The notes beneath the pieces are model-generated. The model saw only the letters and a list, made by a program, of their open reading frames with translations, was not told the origin of the DNA and did no database searches. A stretch of 64,000 bases of DNA. Source: an uncultured Chloroflexia bacterium (GTDB taxonomy: Bacteria > Chloroflexota > Limnocylindria > Limnocylindrales > CSP1-4). Location: assembly GCA_963734995.1 (NCBI GenBank), contig CAVTJD010000004.1, positions 23,910-87,909 on the forward strand, read 5' to 3'. Positions 53,089-63,700 of this stretch are shown here, piece after piece (position 1 is the stretch's first letter; every line of letters begins with the position of its first letter). A program made the position numbers and the translations under genes.

Positions 53089-55334
53089 GCGGCGGCGTGC
53101 TGAGTGGCGGCGTGGTGAGCGGCGGTGCGTTGAGCGCTGACGCGGTGTCCGAGCAGCTGCGTGCGCACGCGCGGGCCGCTCGCGATTCGCCCGCGCTGCT
53201 CGAGGGCGAGGTGGCCGTCAGCTGGGCGGACCTCGACCGTCGATGCGAGCGCGTGGCATCGGAGCTGTCGTTGGCGGGCGTGCGTCGGGGCGACGTCGTG
53301 GCGATCACGGTGCAGCCGTCGGGTGACACGATCGCCGCCATCCTGGGTGCCCTGCGCGCCGGTGCCGCGGTCGCGCCCGTCTCGGGACGCTTGACCGAGG
53401 CGGAACGGGCGGCGGTCATCGACGTCCTGGATCCCGTCCTCGAGCTCGGGCCGGCGGCGGCCGTGCGGCGCGGGCGGAGGCTCGCCGGCCCTGCCGTCGT
53501 GGTGATGACATCGGGCACGACCGGGCGGCCCAAGGGCGTGGTGCTCTCGCCCGCGGCGATGATGGCCAGCGCCGACGCATGGATCGCGGCGCTGCCGCCG
53601 GCCACCGGCTGGGTGCTGGCGCTCGGGCTGGGGCATGTCGCCGGCCTGGGCGTCGTGTGGCGGGCGATCAGGGCGCGGGTGCCAATCCGGATCGTTCCCG
53701 CCATCGAGTCCGAGGCGATCCTCGCGGCGGTGACCGCGGAGCCTCCGATGAGCCACCTGTCGCTGGTGCCGGCACAGCTCGCCCGGCTGCTCGACGGCTC
53801 GGACGATGCCGCGCCGCCCGCGACGCTGCGAGCCGTGCCGCTGGGCGGTGGGCTCATCGCCCCGGCGCTCGTCGCGCGCGCGCTCGCCGCCGGCTGGCCG
53901 GTGGTGCCGACCTATGGGCTGAGCGAGGCCGGGTCGGGCGTCACGGCGCTTTCGACCAATGAGGCGCGGGAGGACCCCGGGAGCGCGGGCCGGCCGCTCC
54001 CCGGGGTCAGCGTCTCGATCGACGACCCGGACACGGACAGGGTTGGCGAGATCCTCGTGGCGAGCCCAGCCGCGTTCGACGGCTACCTCGACGAGGAGTC
54101 CCGTCCACGCGGCGCGCCGATCCGGACGGGAGACCTGGGCCGGCTCGATGATGCCGGGCGGCTGTTCGTCGTCGACCGGCGGACCGACCGGATCGTGCGC
54201 GGCGGAGAGAACATCGCCCCGGCCGAGGTCGAGGCGGTCCTGGAGCGGCACCCGGCGATCGCCGATGCCGCGGTCATCGGGCGACCCGACGCGACGCAGG
54301 GCCAGGTGCCGGTGGCCGTGGTGGCCGTCCGTCCGGGCGCCGCACATCCCGGGTCGGCCGCGCTGGCCGCCCATGCTCGGGCCTCGCTGGCCGGGTTCAA
54401 GGTCCCGGTGTCGTTCATCCGCGTGGCAGCGCTGCCGCGCACGAGCGGCGGCAAGCTTCGGCGAGGCGAGGTCCGCGCCATGCTCGACCGACCGCTCGTC
54501 GGCAGCCTCGTGCGCCCGGACGGGACGCGGATCGGATGGCGCTCGACGGGCACCGGGCCCGAGCCCCTGATCCTGCTCCACGGCACGCTGTCAACCGCGC
54601 GCCAGCTCGACCGGCTGGCCGCCGAGCTCGCGCGCCCGGGTCGGCTGACCGTCCACGCCGTCGATCGCCGGGCGAGCGGTGCGAGCCGGGTCACCGACCC
54701 GGCGCCGCTCGACGTTGCGGTCCACGTCGACGACCTGCTCGCTGTCCTCGTCCATCTGGGCATCGACGCCGCGTCGCTGGTCGGTCTCAGCTTCGGCGCG
54801 GTGCTGGCGCTCGAGGCGGCGGCCCGGCACCCGGAGCGCGTGGCCGGTGTCGTGGCATGGGAGCCGCCATACGTGCCGCTCGCCGACGAGCCGACCCGCG
54901 AGCGCCTCGCTCGCGTGGCCGCGGCGACGCGAGCGGCGCATCAGCGAGCGGGCGCGCCTGCGGCGGCGGAGACGTTCCTGCGGGGCGTGGCCGGTGACGC
55001 CGCCTGGGAGCGCCTCCCGGACCGTGCCCGCGCGTTCCTCGCCGGCGAGGGGGACGTGGCACTGGCCGACGCCGGGCTGCTCGGGCTGGATCCCGATGGG
55101 CTTGCCGGGATCGCCGCCCCGGTCATCCTCGTCACCGGCTCGGCGAGCGAGCCGTTCTATGCTCCGATCGCGCGCGCGCTGGCGACGCGCATCCCCGGTG
55201 CGCGCCTGGCGGAGCTCGACGGGCTGGGCCACGCGGCACCGATCACCGAGCCCGGCCGTGTGGCCGCCACCTTCAGGGCGTGCCTGGAGGGCGTACCTGG
55301 AGCACCGGCCGTGACCCTGGAGCATCAGCCGTGA
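53085..55334 (+). CDS. menE: o-succinylbenzoate-CoA ligase fused to C-terminal alpha/beta-hydrolase domain
   Basis: AMP-binding motif MTSGTTGRPKGVVLS, GGENIAPAEVE...SGGKLRRGE through residue about 470; then alpha/beta hydrolase with GLSFGAVLA nucleophile elbow and GLGHAAPI His. Confidence 0.8.
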   Translation: MSGGVLSGGVVSGGALSADAVSEQLRAHARAARDSPALLEGEVAVSWADLDRRCERVASELSLAGVRRGDVVAITVQPSGDTIAAILGALRAGAAVAPVSGRLTEAERAAVIDVLDPVLELGPAAAVRRGRRLAGPAVVVMTSGTTGRPKGVVLSPAAMMASADAWIAALPPATGWVLALGLGHVAGLGVVWRAIRARVPIRIVPAIESEAILAAVTAEPPMSHLSLVPAQLARLLDGSDDAAPPATLRAVPLGGGLIAPALVARALAAGWPVVPTYGLSEAGSGVTALSTNEAREDPGSAGRPLPGVSVSIDDPDTDRVGEILVASPAAFDGYLDEESRPRGAPIRTGDLGRLDDAGRLFVVDRRTDRIVRGGENIAPAEVEAVLERHPAIADAAVIGRPDATQGQVPVAVVAVRPGAAHPGSAALAAHARASLAGFKVPVSFIRVAALPRTSGGKLRRGEVRAMLDRPLVGSLVRPDGTRIGWRSTGTGPEPLILLHGTLSTARQLDRLAAELARPGRLTVHAVDRRASGASRVTDPAPLDVAVHVDDLLAVLVHLGIDAASLVGLSFGAVLALEAAARHPERVAGVVAWEPPYVPLADEPTRERLARVAAATRAAHQRAGAPAAAETFLRGVAGDAAWERLPDRARAFLAGEGDVALADAGLLGLDPDGLAGIAAPVILVTGSASEPFYAPIARALATRIPGARLAELDGLGHAAPITEPGRVAATFRACLEGVPGAPAVTLEHQP

Positions 55335-56080
55335 CCACCGACCCTCACGACAACGCACCCTCGGGAGCCTCGACCGGCGCCGGCAACGCGGCGGCCAGCG
55401 GCGAGGTTCGCGCGATGTTCGACCGCATCGCGCGCGTCTACGACCCGATGAACCTGGCGATCAGCGCGTTCCAGGAGCCACGCTGGCGACGCCATCTGGT
55501 GCGGGGCGCACGGGTGCGAGCGGGTGGCTCGGCGCTGGACGTCGCCACGGGCACGGGCAAGGTCGCCGCCGACCTGCGCCGGCGGGCCGGCGCCAACGGG
55601 CGCGTGCTGGGGGTGGACCTGTCACCGGGCATGGTCTCGATCGCCCGGCGCCGGTTTGGCGGTACGCCGGGTCTCGAGTTCGTCGTCGGCGACGCGCTGG
55701 CGCTGCCGACCGAGGATGGGGCGTACGACGCGGCCACGATCGCGTTCGGGATGCGCAACCTGCCCGACTACCGGCGCGGCTTCGAGGAGATGGCGCGCTC
55801 GGTTCGGCCGGGCGGTCGTGTGCTGTGTCTCGAGATCGCGCGGCCACGCAGCCGGCTTGCCCGGTTCATGCGCTGGTGGTTCGACCGGATCGTGCCGCTG
55901 ATCGGCCGGCTGGCCGGCCAGGGAAGCGCGTATGCGTACCTTGTACGCAGCGTCCAGGCCTACCCGGCGCCCGAGCGAATCGCCGAGATCATGTCCGAGG
56001 CCGGTCTGGTCGACGTCCGCTGGCGCGGGCTCACGGGTGGCATCGTCACCCTCCACGAGGGCACCGTTCCGGAGCGCTGA
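55331..56080 (+). CDS. menG: demethylmenaquinone methyltransferase (UbiE/MenG)
   Basis: SAM-MTase motif LDVATGTGKVA, GMRNLPDY; GTGA overlap with menE. Confidence 0.85.
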   Translation: MTTDPHDNAPSGASTGAGNAAASGEVRAMFDRIARVYDPMNLAISAFQEPRWRRHLVRGARVRAGGSALDVATGTGKVAADLRRRAGANGRVLGVDLSPGMVSIARRRFGGTPGLEFVVGDALALPTEDGAYDAATIAFGMRNLPDYRRGFEEMARSVRPGGRVLCLEIARPRSRLARFMRWWFDRIVPLIGRLAGQGSAYAYLVRSVQAYPAPERIAEIMSEAGLVDVRWRGLTGGIVTLHEGTVPER

Positions 56081-56098
56081 CGCGGCTATCATCCGCCG

Positions 56099-57370
56099 GT
56101 GCGCCCACCGCTCGGTCGAGTCGTCGACACGATCGCCCCACCTCGCCTTGGCCGCAGCTTCCGCTGGCTGTTCGCCGCAACCCTGGTCAACAACGTCGGC
56201 GACGGCGTCGTCCTTGCCGCGGGACCGCTGCTCGTCGCCTCGCTGACCCGGGACCCGTTCCTGGTGTCGCTGGCGTTGTTCATGGACTACCTGCCCGTCC
56301 TCCTGTTCGCCCTGGTCGGCGGGGTCGCGGCGGACCGATTCGATCGTCGGCGGATGGTCATCGTGGCCGACGTCGCGCGCGCCCTCGTGCTCGTGGCCCT
56401 GGTCGTTGCGATCGTGACGGGCGTCGTCGGGATCGCGCTGGTGCTGCTCACCCTGTTCCTGCTGGGCATGGCCGAGACGTTCGCGGACTCGGCGAGCAGC
56501 ACGCTGCTGCCGGGCATCGTGGCACGCGGCGACCTGGGCATGGCGAACGCACGGATGCAGGGCGCCTTCGTGCTCGCGAACCAGCTCCTGTTCCCACCGG
56601 TGGGCGCCTTCCTGTTCGTGGTGGGACCGGCCGTTCCGTTCGCGGCCAACGCGATCAGCTTCGCGCTGGGCGCGGTGCTGATCAGCCGGGTGGCGGCGGG
56701 TCGTCGCGCCGAGCGAACGGCCGCAGCGAGCTCGGTCCGAACCGACCTCGTCGAGGGGATCCGCTGGCTGCTGCACCACCCACCGATGCGGACGCTCATG
56801 CTGACGATCTTCGCGTTCAACGTGACCTTCGGCGCCGCCTGGTCGGTGCTCGTGCTGTACGCGGCAGACCGGCTGGGCATGAGCGAGGTCGGGTTCGGTC
56901 TGCTGACGACCGCGGTCGCGGTGGGCGGGCTGGTCGGGACCAGCGCCTATGGCTTGCTCGAGCGGCGGTTCTCGCTGGCCGACATCATGCGAGTCGGGCT
57001 GCTGATCGAGACGTTCACGCATCTTTCGCTCGCGCTCACGACGTCGCCGGCCTGGGCGCTCGCGACCCTCGTGGTGTTCGGAGCGCATGCGTTTGTCTGG
57101 GGCACGACGGCGACCGTCGTCCGCCAGCGCGCCGTCCCGGACGCCGTGCTGGGCCGGGTCGGCGGGGTCTACCGGGTGGGTCACACCGGCGGCATGGTCA
57201 TCGGGACGCCGATCGGCGGGCTGCTCGCGACCGCGTACGGGATCACGGCACCGTTCTGGTTCGGGTTCATCGGCTCGGCGGTCCTGGTCGCGATCTTGTG
57301 GCGCGAGTTCGCCCACATCGTCAATGCCGCGGACGAGCCGGCCGAGTTCCCATCGCCTTCGGCTTCATGA
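56099..57370 (+). CDS. MFS transporter
   Basis: 12 predicted TM helices, MFS loop motifs. Confidence 0.75.
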   Translation: MRPPLGRVVDTIAPPRLGRSFRWLFAATLVNNVGDGVVLAAGPLLVASLTRDPFLVSLALFMDYLPVLLFALVGGVAADRFDRRRMVIVADVARALVLVALVVAIVTGVVGIALVLLTLFLLGMAETFADSASSTLLPGIVARGDLGMANARMQGAFVLANQLLFPPVGAFLFVVGPAVPFAANAISFALGAVLISRVAAGRRAERTAAASSVRTDLVEGIRWLLHHPPMRTLMLTIFAFNVTFGAAWSVLVLYAADRLGMSEVGFGLLTTAVAVGGLVGTSAYGLLERRFSLADIMRVGLLIETFTHLSLALTTSPAWALATLVVFGAHAFVWGTTATVVRQRAVPDAVLGRVGGVYRVGHTGGMVIGTPIGGLLATAYGITAPFWFGFIGSAVLVAILWREFAHIVNAADEPAEFPSPSAS

Positions 57371-57414
57371 CGGCTTCTGACCGGGGTGCTGGGGTACCAT
57401 CGCAAACCCTGCCC

Positions 57415-58356
57415 ATGACCGATCCTGTGCCCCGCCCATCGCTGATCCATGCCCGAGGCCTGACCAAGCGGTTCGGCTCGTTCACCGCTGTCGACGCCAT
57501 CGACTTCGACGTCGCCGAGGGCGAGTCGTTCGGGTTCCTGGGTCCCAACGGTGCCGGCAAGACGAGCACGATGCGCATGATCGGATGCGTCTCTCCCGTG
57601 ACCGACGGGACGCTGCGCGTCCTGGATCTCGACCCTGCGGCGGACGGCGCACGCATTCGCGGCCGGCTGGGCGTCGTCCCGCAGCAGGACACGCTCGACA
57701 CCGAGCTCTCGGTGCGCGACAACCTGATCATCTACGGCCGCTACTTCGGGCTGCGGCGGGACGAGGCGGCACGTCGCGCGGCGGAGCTGCTCGATTTCGC
57801 CCAGCTGACCGAGCGCGCCAACGACAAGGTGGAGCCGCTGTCGGGCGGCATGAAGCGGCGGCTGACGATCGCGCGTGCGCTCATCAACGAGCCGTCGATC
57901 CTGCTCCTCGACGAGCCCACGACCGGCCTCGACCCGCAGGCGCGGCATCTGCTGTGGGAGCGGCTGTACCGGCTCAAGCAGCAGGGCGTCACGCTCGTGC
58001 TCACGACCCACTACATGGACGAGGCGGAGCAGCTGTGCGACCGGCTGGTCGTCATGGACAAGGCCCGGATCGCCGCCGAGGGCAGCCCCCGCGAGCTCAT
58101 CGAGCGCTACTCGACGCGCGAGGTGGCCGAGCTGCGGTTCCCGGTCGGCATCCAGGAGACGCTCGACGGGCAGCTGGACGATCTGGGCGAGCGTGTCGAG
58201 CAGCTGCCGGATCGCGTGCTCGTCTACTCCGACGACGGCGAGGCCGCCGTGGCCGCCGTCCATGCGCGTGGTCTCCGTCCCGAGACGGTCCTCGTCCGGC
58301 GCAGCTCGCTCGAGGACGTGTTCCTGCGCCTCACCGGGCGCAGCCTGATCGAGTGA
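57415..58356 (+). CDS. ABC transporter ATP-binding protein (ABC-2/DrrA-like exporter)
   Basis: Walker A GPNGAGKTST, signature LSGGMKRRL, Walker B ILLLDEPTTGLD. Confidence 0.9.
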   Translation: MTDPVPRPSLIHARGLTKRFGSFTAVDAIDFDVAEGESFGFLGPNGAGKTSTMRMIGCVSPVTDGTLRVLDLDPAADGARIRGRLGVVPQQDTLDTELSVRDNLIIYGRYFGLRRDEAARRAAELLDFAQLTERANDKVEPLSGGMKRRLTIARALINEPSILLLDEPTTGLDPQARHLLWERLYRLKQQGVTLVLTTHYMDEAEQLCDRLVVMDKARIAAEGSPRELIERYSTREVAELRFPVGIQETLDGQLDDLGERVEQLPDRVLVYSDDGEAAVAAVHARGLRPETVLVRRSSLEDVFLRLTGRSLIE

Positions 58357-58384
58357 TGACCAACGATCCTGCGGGGGCCGCCTG

Positions 58385-59239
58385 ATGGCGATTGCCGGCG
58401 CGCTTCGCGGTCGCGCGCCGAGGCATCAACCGACCGGCGACGCCGTGCCGCCGCGGCGCGCGCTGGACGGTGCGCGTGCCGCGTACGCGCACCAGGTGCT
58501 CCTCTACCGGCGGACCTGGCGCGGCTCCATCTTCGGCAACTTCGCGCAGCCCGCGCTGTTCCTGCTGGCGATGGGCGTGGGTCTGGGCACGTACGTGGAC
58601 CGGGCGAACAGCGCCTCGATGGGCGGCGTGTCCTACCTGGAGTTCCTGGCCCCCGCGCTGCTCGCCTCGTCGGTCATGCAGGGCTCGGTGTTCGAGGCCA
58701 CGTTCCCGGTGCTGGGCGGCTTCCACTGGATCCGCCGCTACCACGCGATGTACGCGACGCCGCTGTCCCCGTACGCGATCGCCTTTGGCCAGCTTGCCTG
58801 GATCGCCACCCGAGCGACGCTGGTCGGCGCGATCTTCGCCCTCGTCGTGATCCTGTTCCGCGCGGCCCCGACGGCGGGCATCCTGCTGGCGGTCCCGGTC
58901 GGCACCCTGACCGCCCTTGCGTTCGCCGCCCCGATCGCCGCGTTCATGACCACCCAGCGCGACACGGCGGCGTTCAGCAACATCTGGCGCTTCGGGATCA
59001 CGCCCCTGTTCCTGTTCAGCGGCACGTTTTTCCCGATCGAGCAGCTGCCCGAGCAGGTTCGCTGGGTCGCCTGGCTGCTGCCGTTGTGGCACGGCGTCGA
59101 CGTGTGTCGCGCCCTGTCGCTGGGAACGTTCACCCAGCAGCTGCCGCTGATGATCGCCCACCTGGTCATCCTGGGCACGGCCGCCGTGCTGGGCACGATC
59201 GCGATGTTCGTGATGTTCCGACGGCAGCTGGAGCGATGA
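58385..59239 (+). CDS. ABC-2 family transporter permease
   Basis: 6 TM helices, ABC-2 membrane domain. Confidence 0.8.
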   Translation: MAIAGALRGRAPRHQPTGDAVPPRRALDGARAAYAHQVLLYRRTWRGSIFGNFAQPALFLLAMGVGLGTYVDRANSASMGGVSYLEFLAPALLASSVMQGSVFEATFPVLGGFHWIRRYHAMYATPLSPYAIAFGQLAWIATRATLVGAIFALVVILFRAAPTAGILLAVPVGTLTALAFAAPIAAFMTTQRDTAAFSNIWRFGITPLFLFSGTFFPIEQLPEQVRWVAWLLPLWHGVDVCRALSLGTFTQQLPLMIAHLVILGTAAVLGTIAMFVMFRRQLER

Positions 59240-60045
59240 CCGCGCTGGCCTCGCTCCCGCGCATCCTCCCGATCGGGCTCGGCAGCCGCCGTGCGGCGTT
59301 GCTCATCGAGCGCAACGTGTACGTCTACCGACGCGGCTGGATGGTCCTGTTCTCGGGCTTCTTCGAGCCGCTGTTCTACCTGCTCTCGATCGGTCTGGGC
59401 ATCGGCGGCATCGTGGGCGACATCCCGGGCCCGAACGGCACCTCGATCCCGTATTCGCTGTTCGTGGCACCCGCCCTGCTGGCCACGGCGTCGATGAACG
59501 GTGCGATCGCCGAGTCCACGTTCAACGTGTTCTTCAAGCTCAACTACCAGAAGACGTACGACGCGGTGCTGGCCACGCCGCTCGGTGCGGGTGACGTGGC
59601 ACTGGGCGAGATCGGGTGGGCGGTGATCCGCTCGACGCTGTACGCGATCGGGTTCGTGGTCGTGATCGCCGTGCTGGGCCTCGTCCGGTCGCCGTGGGTG
59701 GTGCTCGCCGTGCCCGCCGCGACGCTGCTCTCGTTCGCGTTCTCGTCGATCGGCATGGCGGCCACGACGTTCATGCGGTCATGGCAGGACTTCGACCTGA
59801 TCCAGCTGGTCGTGCTGCCGCTGTTCCTGTTCAGCGGCACGTTCTATCCGATCAGCGCCTACCCGGAGCCGTTCCGGCTGATCGTCGAGCTGACGCCGCT
59901 GTACCAGGGCGTGGACCTGATCCGGTCGCTGGTGATCGGGACGGTCGGTGCCGGCCAGCTGCTGAACATCGCCTACCTGTCGGCCATGGGCCTGATCGGG
60001 CTCGCGATCGTCGCGCGTCGCCTGGACCACCTGCTCCTCAAGTAG
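59236..60045 (+). CDS. ABC-2 family transporter permease (second subunit)
   Basis: Paralogous to preceding permease (FLFSGTF(F/Y)PI shared); ATGA overlap. Confidence 0.8.
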   Translation: MTALASLPRILPIGLGSRRAALLIERNVYVYRRGWMVLFSGFFEPLFYLLSIGLGIGGIVGDIPGPNGTSIPYSLFVAPALLATASMNGAIAESTFNVFFKLNYQKTYDAVLATPLGAGDVALGEIGWAVIRSTLYAIGFVVVIAVLGLVRSPWVVLAVPAATLLSFAFSSIGMAATTFMRSWQDFDLIQLVVLPLFLFSGTFYPISAYPEPFRLIVELTPLYQGVDLIRSLVIGTVGAGQLLNIAYLSAMGLIGLAIVARRLDHLLLK

Positions 60046-60199
60046 CCGGCCCGGCCGCTCGCGAAGGTGCCGTCAACCGCCGCCGGTGCGGGGTGCCTGT
60101 GGCGAGGCGGCGACATCGCGGCAAGACGCAGCGGTCGCCTCCGTGCCGGCCCGCCCCGTCGCCCCCCGCCTCACCCCTCCGCACCTGCTGCTCGTGCGG

Positions 60200-60620
60200 A
60201 TCGACTCGATCACATACCCGCTGCGTGGGTGCAGCGGACACACTTCCCCAGGGTTTGCGCCGTCAACACCCGCAGACGGCGAGGAATTGGCCCCGAACCC
60301 ATGCGCATACCCGCGGGGTGGGTACTGGCGCATCTGTGCCGACACCGACCTGCCCGAAGACCCACCGTGCGGGTAGGTGCATTGATGCCAGCCCCGAATC
60401 GGGGCGCACGATGCACCCGGTGGGCATCTGCGCAAGTGCGGCGCCGGTGGCGCCCGACGAGACCCGTGGGGTGGGTGGATGACCAGGTCGTCGGGGTTGG
60501 CCGCCGCGGTTGGCCGCCGCGGCCGGCGTTGCACGGGCTGCCCCCGGCGCGTGCCCGAGCCGCCCGTGCAGGTGCCCGGGTGACGGCGCCCCGTGAGGGT
60601 GCCCGAGGCCCGTGGCCCCG
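60200..60620. repeat. noncoding repeat-rich region: 4-5 copies of imperfect palindromic motif ACCCGC-N4-TGGGT plus three direct repeats of GGTGCCCGRG and duplicated GGTTGGCCGCCGCG
   Basis: Motif copies at about 60217, 60309, 60361 (reverse), 60415, 60463; GTGCCCGAG copies at about 60551, 60571, 60597. Confidence 0.5.
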
Positions 60621-60649
60621 TGGCGGCTTGGCCGGATCCCCGATGTGAC

Positions 60650-60680
60650 CTGCCCCCCGCCTGGGCCAGGCGGGGGGCAG
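60650..60680. terminator. 12-bp perfect GC hairpin (bidirectional terminator candidate) between convergent ABC-2 operon and GH3 gene
   Basis: CTGCCCCCCGCC-TGGGCCA-GGCGGGGGGCAG. Confidence 0.55.
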
Positions 60681-60701
60681 CTCGTGCGATTGCGTGCGCT
60701 G

Positions 60702-63700
60702 TCAGCTTCCGGGTGGCCGAGAGTGGGCTGACGACACGGTGACCGGTGTCTCGGTTCGATCCTCGCCCTGGGAGGCGATGATCAGGTAGGCGCCGGGGGC
60801 GGTGGCCTCCGGCACGGTGACCACGGCAGAGCCGGTGCCATCGGGCTCGATCAGGACCTGATCGAGGAACATGGGCGCGTCGGCCTTGCTCTTCTTGGAC
60901 CCGAGCGCCAGGTCGACCGTCGACCCGGCCGGGAACCCGGCAACCGTCACCGGGAGGGACCCGCCGGCCCGAACGACCTCCACGACGCCCGTCGAGACGG
61001 ACGCGAGCGTCGGATCGGTCACGGTCACGGTGGCGGTGCGAGAGACCTTGGTGCCGGCGATGTCGGCGACGACCGTGACCCGCGCGTAGCCGGCGCTGGT
61101 CGCGGTGAACATGCCGTCGGGGGTGACCGTGGCGCCCGCCGTGTTCGGCTCGCTGAGCGCGAGCTTGAACTCGTAGGTCGCCTCGGCGGCCGGTACCACG
61201 GCTGCGGACAGCTGGATGCCGTCGTCGGCCTGGCTGAGGCTGACGGCGGTGTCGCCGAACGCCACCATGTCGGCGAACCTGGTGGCTTCGTCGGCGACGT
61301 AGGCGCCGGCGTAGACGACGACCGGGAAGGTGTCGGACTTGGACTGGCCGTCGGCGGTCACGGTGGCGGTGATCGTCGCGACACCGGTGCCCACCGGGCT
61401 GACCGTGCCGGTCGAGGTCACGGTGGCGACGGCGGGATCGCTGGACGTGTAGGTCACGTCGACGGTCGACAGGTCGAAGAAGGAGTCGTCCGTCCTGGTG
61501 GCCGACAGGTTGGCGTGGATCGTATCCATCGGCGCGGCCGTGTTGAGCGCCACGCCGTCGGGGATGACGCGAACGACGTTGAGCCCGACGGTCGGCGGAC
61601 CGGTCACCGCGAAGTGGCCCGTCAGGCCGGGCTCGCTCGAGGTGCCGATGGAGTAGGTCCAGGCTCCGCGGTCCCAGGTCTTGGCATGGGTCTGGTCATC
61701 CCAGAACCACAGGTCCGCGACCTTGACCGGGATCTCCACGGTTCGGGTCTCGCCCGCCCCGATGGCGACCTTGTCGAAGCCCTTGAGCTGGCGCAGCGGC
61801 CGGTTGACGCCGTCGGCGCCGGGCGCGGTCACGTACAGCTCGACGACCTCCTGGCCGGCGACGGACGAGGTGTTCGTCACGTCGACCGCGAAGGTGATCG
61901 TGTCGTCGCCGGCGACCCCGGCGTGGCCGACGATCCGGTCGTTGGAGTACTGGAACGTCGAGTACGACAGCCCGTACCCGAACGGATAGGCAACGTCGCC
62001 GGTGAAGTACTCGTACGTGCGGCCGTACGTGTCGGCGGTCGGCGCGAGGCGATAGTCGTTGATGTGGGCGAGCTGCGACTGGTCCGCATACCAGGTGAAG
62101 GTCAGCTTGCCGCTCGGGTTGGCCTGGCCGAACAGGATCCGGGCGAAGGCCTCACCCTGCTGCTGGCCGTTGTAGTTCGACCATACGATCGACGGGACCT
62201 TGTAGGTCTGGACGCCGTTGCCGTCGTCGTAGGTCCAGGGCAGGCGGAAGGACTCGATGTTCATCTGGCCCACCGCCTGGATCCAGACGACCGTGCGCGG
62301 GTTGAGCTCGGCGGCGAGCTTGGCCAGCTGGTCCTGGTAGCGCGGCAGGTCCAGCGAGTAGCGGTCCATCTCCTCGGCCGACTCGTTGTTGCGGGTGCCG
62401 ACGTAGACGACGACGGCGTCCGCATTCCTGACCTGCTCCTGCTGCTCAGGCGTCAGGCCCACGGAGTAGGCCGGCGGCTGGTATACGAAGTACAGGCTGA
62501 CCGGCGAACCGGTGGTGCCGGTGTAGGGAACGTAGGTGGCCGAGGACGAGGCTCCGTTGGCCGGCACCGTGGCCACGACCGGCCCGGTCTCCGAGCCCTC
62601 GTGCACCACGAACGAGCCACCCGCGTAGATGCTGTTGTTGTTCGTCGGGTTCGTCGTGCCGTTGCCCTGCTGGCGGACCGCCACCTGGGTGGTGCCGTCC
62701 GGCAGCGTCGTGCTCACGGAGAACACGCCGCCCCAGTCAGCGTTGGGCATCATGGGGGTGGGGTTGCTCGACACCGGGTCGTACTGGATGCCACGCCAGC
62801 CGAGCCAATCCCACGTGTCGTTGCGCACCCGCGGCGGCGGGTCCGACGTGAACGTGACGGCATTGACGTCGTCGAGGAAGGTCACGCCCAGCACGCCCGG
62901 CTTCTGGCCGTAGCGCGGCGTGATGCCGTCGATCTGGGTGACCGACGCACCCGGTGCGTAGGCCTGGATGGCAGCGTTGAGCGCCACCTGCGGCGTCCGC
63001 GGTGCCGGGCTGGGGTTGCCGGAGTAGCCGCCCAGGTTGTACTCACGGCCCAGGTAGCCGAGCAGGACGATGTTGTCGGCATCCTCGGGCTGCAGCGGCA
63101 GCGCCGGGGTCGAGCCGCCGATGGGCGCCTCGTTCTTCAGCAGCACCGGGGCCTCGTTGGACATCTGGTCCGCCGTCGCCACGTGTGCGGCGCTGTGCAG
63201 CTGGTTTGCCGTCGTGTACTCGTTGGAGCGCCACTGAACGTCCGCGGCGGGGTCGAACTCGCCCAGCCGCATGCGCTCGGCGAACACCCGCACCAGCACC
63301 ACGTCGAGGTCGTCCTCGGTCACGAGGCCCTGGTCCCGCGCGTCCGGCAGCGTGTCGCGGTAGCTCCAGCTGCTGCAGTCGAGATCGGCTCCCGCCTTGA
63401 TGCCGTAGGCAGATGCCTCGGTCTTGTTTACGGGATGATCCCAACCGTCGGGCGTCCAGACGTGCCGGTCCCAGATGTCCCGGATCGCGTCGCAGTCGGT
63501 GGTGATGAAGCCGTCGAAGCCCCAGGTGCGCCGGGCGAGATCCTGCACGTACTCCGTGCTGGCCGACACCGGCACGCCGTTGACCTCGTTGTACGCGGTC
63601 ATCGTCGAATGGGCGCCGGCACCGTTCTCGCCGAGCAGCTCGCCGAACGCCGGGGTGTAGTACTCGCGCAGCTCGCGCTCGGTCAGCACAGAGTCGCCGT

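Noticed and set aside
60200-60620. Possible CRISPR array
   Set aside because: Repeats are short (10-15 nt), imperfect, irregularly spaced and in mixed orientation. No cas genes in the window.
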